Positions 58,941 through 64,000 of a DNA stretch of 64,000 bases are shown here, in pieces. Both the position numbers and the translations under genes were made by a program. The notes below the pieces were generated by a model that saw nothing but the letters and a program-made list of their open reading frames with translations, was not told the origin of the DNA and did no database searches. The stretch comes from Basidiobolus meristosporus CBS 931.73 (taxonomy: Eukaryota > Fungi > Basidiobolomycota), in the NCBI GenBank assembly GCA_002104905.1, contig MCFE01000441.1, positions 10,243-74,242 on the forward strand. Direction: 5' to 3'. The first letter of the stretch is position 1. The number at the start of each line of letters is the position of its first letter.

Positions 58941-61766
58941 AGACAGTCACCAACAGGTGAAATCTTTATTTCAGTTGAAACAAAGAAGCCAGCGCTACTG
59001 TTGTAGCTTTGATAAAAGAGTGTGTAGCTGAGGGGAATTTGTAGGTAAGTTAATAAGAAGTGATGATAGTTCTTCAGTGCTCAAGACACTGTTCAGTGGG
59101 AAGGGGGGTAGCAAGAGAGGTAAGAATGACTTGTGAACAACATTAATGAGGGGAATGTGATAAGGATTGATATTCATCATAAAGGGAGTGTGCTGCTGCA
59201 GATATTGCTGCCAAAGGTCTGTCAAGTACTTCAGGTAGGCCAGTTTGGGTTTTTCTGACTGCAGAATATAGTGAGCAAACTTCTTGACTTCAGGATCTCC
59301 AAGTATAGTTCTCCAGCAGGAGCCAGGTGTAGGGTGGTGTGTTCTCTTCCAGGCCTTAATCAGTGGGTTGTTGCAGTTGTGAAGTCTGAGGTATAATCTG
59401 GTTCTAAGGTAGAGAAGTCTGATCTTATAGGGCATAAACCCAAAAGCACCAAGAATAGCATGTCTGTAGGGGCATTCAGGCAAATGAGGCACCAAGGAGG
59501 TAATTCACCATACTGCAAACTTGTCAAGCTTAGTGCAGTCTCTAGAAGTAAGTGAGAGAAGTGGTAAGCCAAATTCCAGGACAGGGAAGACAAACTGCTT
59601 GAGTAGAAGGAGGCAGCTGGGAGCTGAAGTTGTAGGAGGAGTAACAGCCAGTAGCTTGTGGAGTGCCTGTCTTGCCAGGATAATTCTCTTCTTCAGGTGT
59701 GCTCCAGAGTCTAGTCCAGTTGGAAGGAAAGGAAAGCCAAGATATGTAGCAGAAACCTGAGCAGGTAGAGTGGAGTTCTCCAAGTTGATGGGAGAGCCCA
59801 AAGGTACTGTCTTTGCAATGGAAAGCTGGAGATTATTCTTCTGCAGATACTGGTGGATGGTCTGGGAGTCTTGTTGCACATTGGAGGAGGATACTCTGAT
59901 GTCATCAGCAAAGAGAGTAACCAAGCAGTCAGCTGAGAGTCTTGGGAAATCATTCAGGAAGATGGCAAACAGTATAGGACCAAGCACAGAGCCTTGAACC
60001 ACTCCATTAGGAACTGAGAACACAGCTGATTGCTCACTTGGGTGCAGAATTCTTGCTTGTGGATCCAGAAACAGAGACCTGACAAGGAGGGTGAGAGAGG
60101 TACTGGAGAAGCATTGCAACTTGGACCAAAGCAGATTTCTGTCAACTGAATCAAAGGCCTTAGTAATATCAAACAGAACTGAGGGATACTTGCACTGGAG
60201 AGAGTGATCTTGGCTAAGTATGACTGCATATTCCAAGGAGAGGCCAGGAACAAAGCCAAACTGTGCAGGATGAAACTTGAGGGAGTCAGAGTAGAGCTCC
60301 TGAGCAAGCAGAAGCTCAAACACCTTTCTGCAGGTGGGCAGCAGAGATATTGGCCTGTAGGAGCTAGGATCCAGGTGCTTTCCTTTACCCTTGTACAGTG
60401 GCAGAACATTTGCAAAGGACCACTCCTCAGGAGTAGAAAGCTGGGCTGAGCATTGCTGAAACAGTGGAAGCAGAAGTGCAGACATGGCCTTGGTACTAGT
60501 CTTCAGAAGCTCATAGGAGATTGTGTCCACACCTGGAGCAGTAGAGTTGGGAAGCCTCTGGAGCACATTATGGATTCTCCTTTGATCAAGTGCAAGTGGG
60601 ATGGGCAGAGTCTTGAAGTCAGGATGAAAGCCAGGAGTTGAGTACTGCTTTGTAGAGAAGAAGATGTTAGCCAGCTGTTCTGTTGAAGGTAACTTCCTGG
60701 AAGAGGGCCTCATTGCCCTGTAGAGTCTTGATACTGTTCTTGTTATAGAGTTGGAAGATTGCAGAGGCAAGGAACTCATAATATGATCCCAGAGCTGAGT
60801 ATGCAGAGTGTGGTGAATTGCCTTGGAGTGGTGTATTGCTGTCAGGAGGAGTTTCTCTGTTTTTGGGTTAGGGAAACTCAGGTAGCTTTGTTGCAGGGCT
60901 GAATCAATGGATTCCCATTTTCTTGAGGTAACAGCAGTAGTCTTGCATGGCAGTGAGAGGGAGGCAGACACCAGAATCAGATGCTTCACAAAGAGCCAGG
61001 CAATAGTTGAGATCATCTGGCAGAGAAAGTAGCAAACTGGCAAGCTTCAAGTAGTTCCCAAAGTCTTTCTTCTGATTCTTGGTAGCTTTGTGGGTGAGCA
61101 CAGTAAGTTTTGGCAGCTTCTTCTTCACAACTGGTTGCATAGAAAGGGACCAGGCTGGGTGGTCAGAGGCTCTCAAGGATCCTAGCTCAGCTCCAGAAAA
61201 TTGCTTAACTTCATTCACAAAGTAGAGGGCAGCAGCAGAAGGGCAGATCCAGTCAACACATCTTTTCTCAGATTGAGCACCTAGTGCTAGCAGGTGGCTT
61301 TCTCTCAGGAAGCTCAGTAGGAATGTAGACCTTGGCTTCATTCTTGCAGTCAGAGTAGTCTTGTTCTCAGGATGGGGAATGTTGAGATCTCCAAGCAAGA
61401 TAACAGGTGTTGATATAGATTGTTGGTATTGCTGAACCTTCTGGCATATAACTTGCACTTCCTGAAGGGCAAGACTTGGAGGCAGATAGCAGAGCACCAG
61501 ACTGATAGTTGGCAACTGGAGAGCAGCACAGTAAGGGGAGTAAAGAGGAACACAGAGCTGAGGAGTATTGATGGTAGAAGAGATGAAGCAGATAGAGGAG
61601 GTATTCTTTGTTCTAGGAGTAGAAAAGCAATATAGATTAGTCAAAAGTATAGAGGGTAGCTGGACATCAATCAAACACAGGAGGGAAAATCTTGATAGAA
61701 GTCTCTCTAGAGTTGGTCTTGATGGCTGTATGCTGTTGCAGTTAAGCAACAGAACTTCAGGTAGTC
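58941..61766 (-). mobile_element. APE-RT non-LTR retrotransposon unit B (ORF2 only; one frameshift near 61000 and one stop at 59505)
   Basis: APE: LLNCNS, LCYLPP, LGDLN, CVDWI, ASDH. RT: YRPISLLPTCRKVFE, QFGF, FDITKAFDSV, GVVQGSVLGPILF, LFADD, YLG. No RNase H; 3' UTR of about 50 nt. Confidence 0.95.
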
Positions 61767-61778
61767 TTAGGGGGGGGG

Positions 61779-64000
61779 AGACAGTCACCAACAGGTGAAA
61801 TCTTTATTTCAGTTGAAACAAAGAAGCCAGCGCTACTGTTGTAGCTTTGATACAAGAGTGTGTAGCTGAGGGGAATTTGTAGGTAAGTTAATAAGAAGTG
61901 ATGATAGTTCTTCAGTGCTCAAGACACTGTTCAGTGGGAAGGGGGGTAGCAAGAGAGGTAAGAATGACTTGTGAACAACATTAATGAGGGGAATGTGATA
62001 AGGATTGATATTCATCATAAAGGGAGTGTGCTGCTGCAGATATTGCTGCCAAAGGTCTGTCAAGTACTTCAGGTAGGCCAGCTTGGGTTTTTCTGACTGC
62101 AGAATAAATTCAGCAAACTTCTTGACTTCAGGATCTCCAAGTATAGTTCTCCAGCAGGAGTCAGGTGTAGTGTGGTGTGTTCTCTTCCAGGCCTTAATCA
62201 GTGGGTTGTTGCAGTTGTGAAGTCTGAGGTATAATCTGGTTCTAAGGTAGAGAAGTCTGATCTTATAGGGCATAAACCCAAAAGCACCAAGAATAGCATG
62301 TCTGTAGGGGCATTCAGGCAAATGAGGCACCAAGGAGGTAATGCACCATACTGCAAACTTGTCAAGCTTAGTGCAGTCTCTAGAAGTAAGTGAGAGAAGT
62401 GGTAAGCCAAATTCCAGGACAGGGAAGACAAACTGCTTGAGTAGAAGGAGGCAGCTGGGAGCTGAAGTTGTAGGAGGAGTAACAGCCAGTAGCTTGTGGA
62501 GTGCCTGTCTTGCCAGGATAATGCTCTTCTTCAGGTGTGCTCCAGAGTCTAGTCCAGTTAGGAAGGAAAGGAAAGCCAAGATATGTAGCAGAAACCTGAG
62601 CAGGTAGAGTGGAGTTCTCCAAGTTGATGGGAGAGCCCAAAGGTACTGTCTTTGCAATGGAAAGCTGGAGATTATTCTTCTGCAGATACTGGTGGATGGT
62701 CTGGGAGTCTTGTTGCACATTGGAGGAGGATATTCTGATGTCATCAGCAAAGAGAGTAACCAAGCAGTCAGCTGAGAGTCTTGGGAAATCATTCAGGAAG
62801 ATGGCAAACAGTATAGGACCAAGCACAGAGCCTTGAACCACTCCATTAGGAACTGAGAACACAGCTGATTGCTCACTTGGGTGCAGAATTCTTGCTTGTG
62901 GATCCAGAAACAGAGACCTGACAAGGAGGGTGAGAGAGGTACTGGAGAAGCATTGCAACTTGGACCAAAGCAGATTTCTGTCAACTGAATCAAAGGCCTT
63001 AGTAATATCAAACAGAACAGAGGGATACTTGCACTGGAGAGAGTGATCTTGGCTAAGTATGACTGCATATTCCAAGGAGAGGCCAGGAACAAAGCCAAAC
63101 TGTGCAGGATGAAACTTGAGAGAGTCAGAGTAGAGCTCCTGAGCAAGCAGAAGCTCAAACACCTTTCTGCAGGTGGGCAGCAGAGATATTGGCCTGTAGG
63201 AGCTAGGATCCAGGTGCTTTCCTTTACCCTTGTACAGTGGCAGAACATTTGCAAAGGACCATTCCTCAGGAGTAGAAAGCTGGGCTGAGCATTGCTGAAA
63301 CAGTGGAAGCAGAAGTGCAGACATGGCCTTGGTACTAGTCTTCAGAAGCTCATAGGAGATTGTGTCCACACCTGGAGCAGTAGAGTTGGGAAGCCTCTGG
63401 AGCACATTATGGATTCTCCTTTGATCAAGTGCAAGTGGGATCGGCAGAGTCTTGAAGTCAGGATGAAAGCCAGGAGTTGAGTACTGCTTTGTAGAGAAGA
63501 AGATGTTAGCCAGCTGTTCTGTTGAAGGTAACTTCCTGGAAGAGGGCCTCATTGCCCTGTAGAGTCTTGATACTGTTCTCGTTATAGAGTTGGAAGATTG
63601 CAGAGGCAAGGAACTCATAATATGATCCCAGAGCTGAGTATGCAGAGTGTGGTGAATTGCCTTGGAGTGGTGTATTGCTGTCAGGAGGAGTTTCTTTGTT
63701 TTTGGGTTAGGGAAGCTCAGGTAGCTTTGTTGCAGGGCTGAAACAATGGATTCCCATTTTCTTGAGGTAACAGCAGTAGTCTTGCATGGCAGTGAGAGGG
63801 AGGCAGACACCGGGAATCAGATGCTTCACAAAGAGCCAGGCAAAGTTGAGATCATCTGGCAGAGAAAGTAGCAAACTGGCAAGCTTCAAGTAGTTCCCAA
63901 AGTCTTTCTTCTGATTCTTGGTAGCTTTGTGGGTGAGCACAGTAAGTTTTGGCAGCTTCTTCTTCACAACTGGTTGCATAGAAAGGGACCAGGCTGGGTG
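61779..64000 (-). mobile_element. APE-RT unit C (continues beyond the window; indels near 62560 and 63810)
   Basis: Near-identical to unit B over about 2.2 kb; 3' hairpin at 61785-61798. Confidence 0.95.

Noticed and set aside
59505-61043. Possible programmed frameshift or stop read-through between APE and RT
   Set aside because: Units B and C have their indels and stop at different positions (B ~61000 and 59505; C ~63810 and ~62560). The consensus is one continuous ORF, so these are copy-specific lesions or sequencing errors.

Overview
Intron-rich eukaryotic DNA (introns mostly ~55-70 nt, GT-AG, CTAAC-type branch points) from a fungus. Gene content (SWEET transporter, bacterial-type LeuA remnant, chromatin-reader-fused adenine methyltransferase, Pls-like synthetase) points to an early-diverging lineage, possibly Zoopagomycota such as Basidiobolus; this is inference only. 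Bases 1-55,250 hold about 22 protein genes: THR1, WDR25-like, TDA10, three C2H2 factors, AA11 LPMO, RPS14, RPL4, Cla4 PAK, Cue2-like, CLASP-N, Dad1, TLC protein, ABCB, Hsp70 and others. They also hold two pseudogenes and a probable snoRNA host locus. Bases ~56,150-64,000 are a CpG-depleted, head-to-tail array of minus-strand non-LTR retroelements. Highlights: (1) an apparently modular retrotransposon system: APE-RT-only units, an ORF1-only unit and a tRNA-headed SINE, all ending in the same AATAAAGATT-TCACC-N4-GGTGA hairpin, with no poly(A), and all separated by a telomere-like TTAG(5-9) junction; (2) an intact, spliced epsilon-poly-lysine-synthetase (Pls)-like NRPS with a lysine-type A-domain code, next to an ABCB exporter; (3) an mRNA-capping guanylyltransferase paralogue lacking its catalytic lysine and fused to a ~1,000-aa disordered tail; (4) a multi-reader DNA amino-methyltransferase (AT-hook, chromo/Tudor, ZZ, ePHD, GATA, MTase, KRI); (5) two intronic C/D snoRNAs sharing an snR50-type guide. 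Exon structures were traced by eye. No database searches were run, and literature comparisons are from memory.
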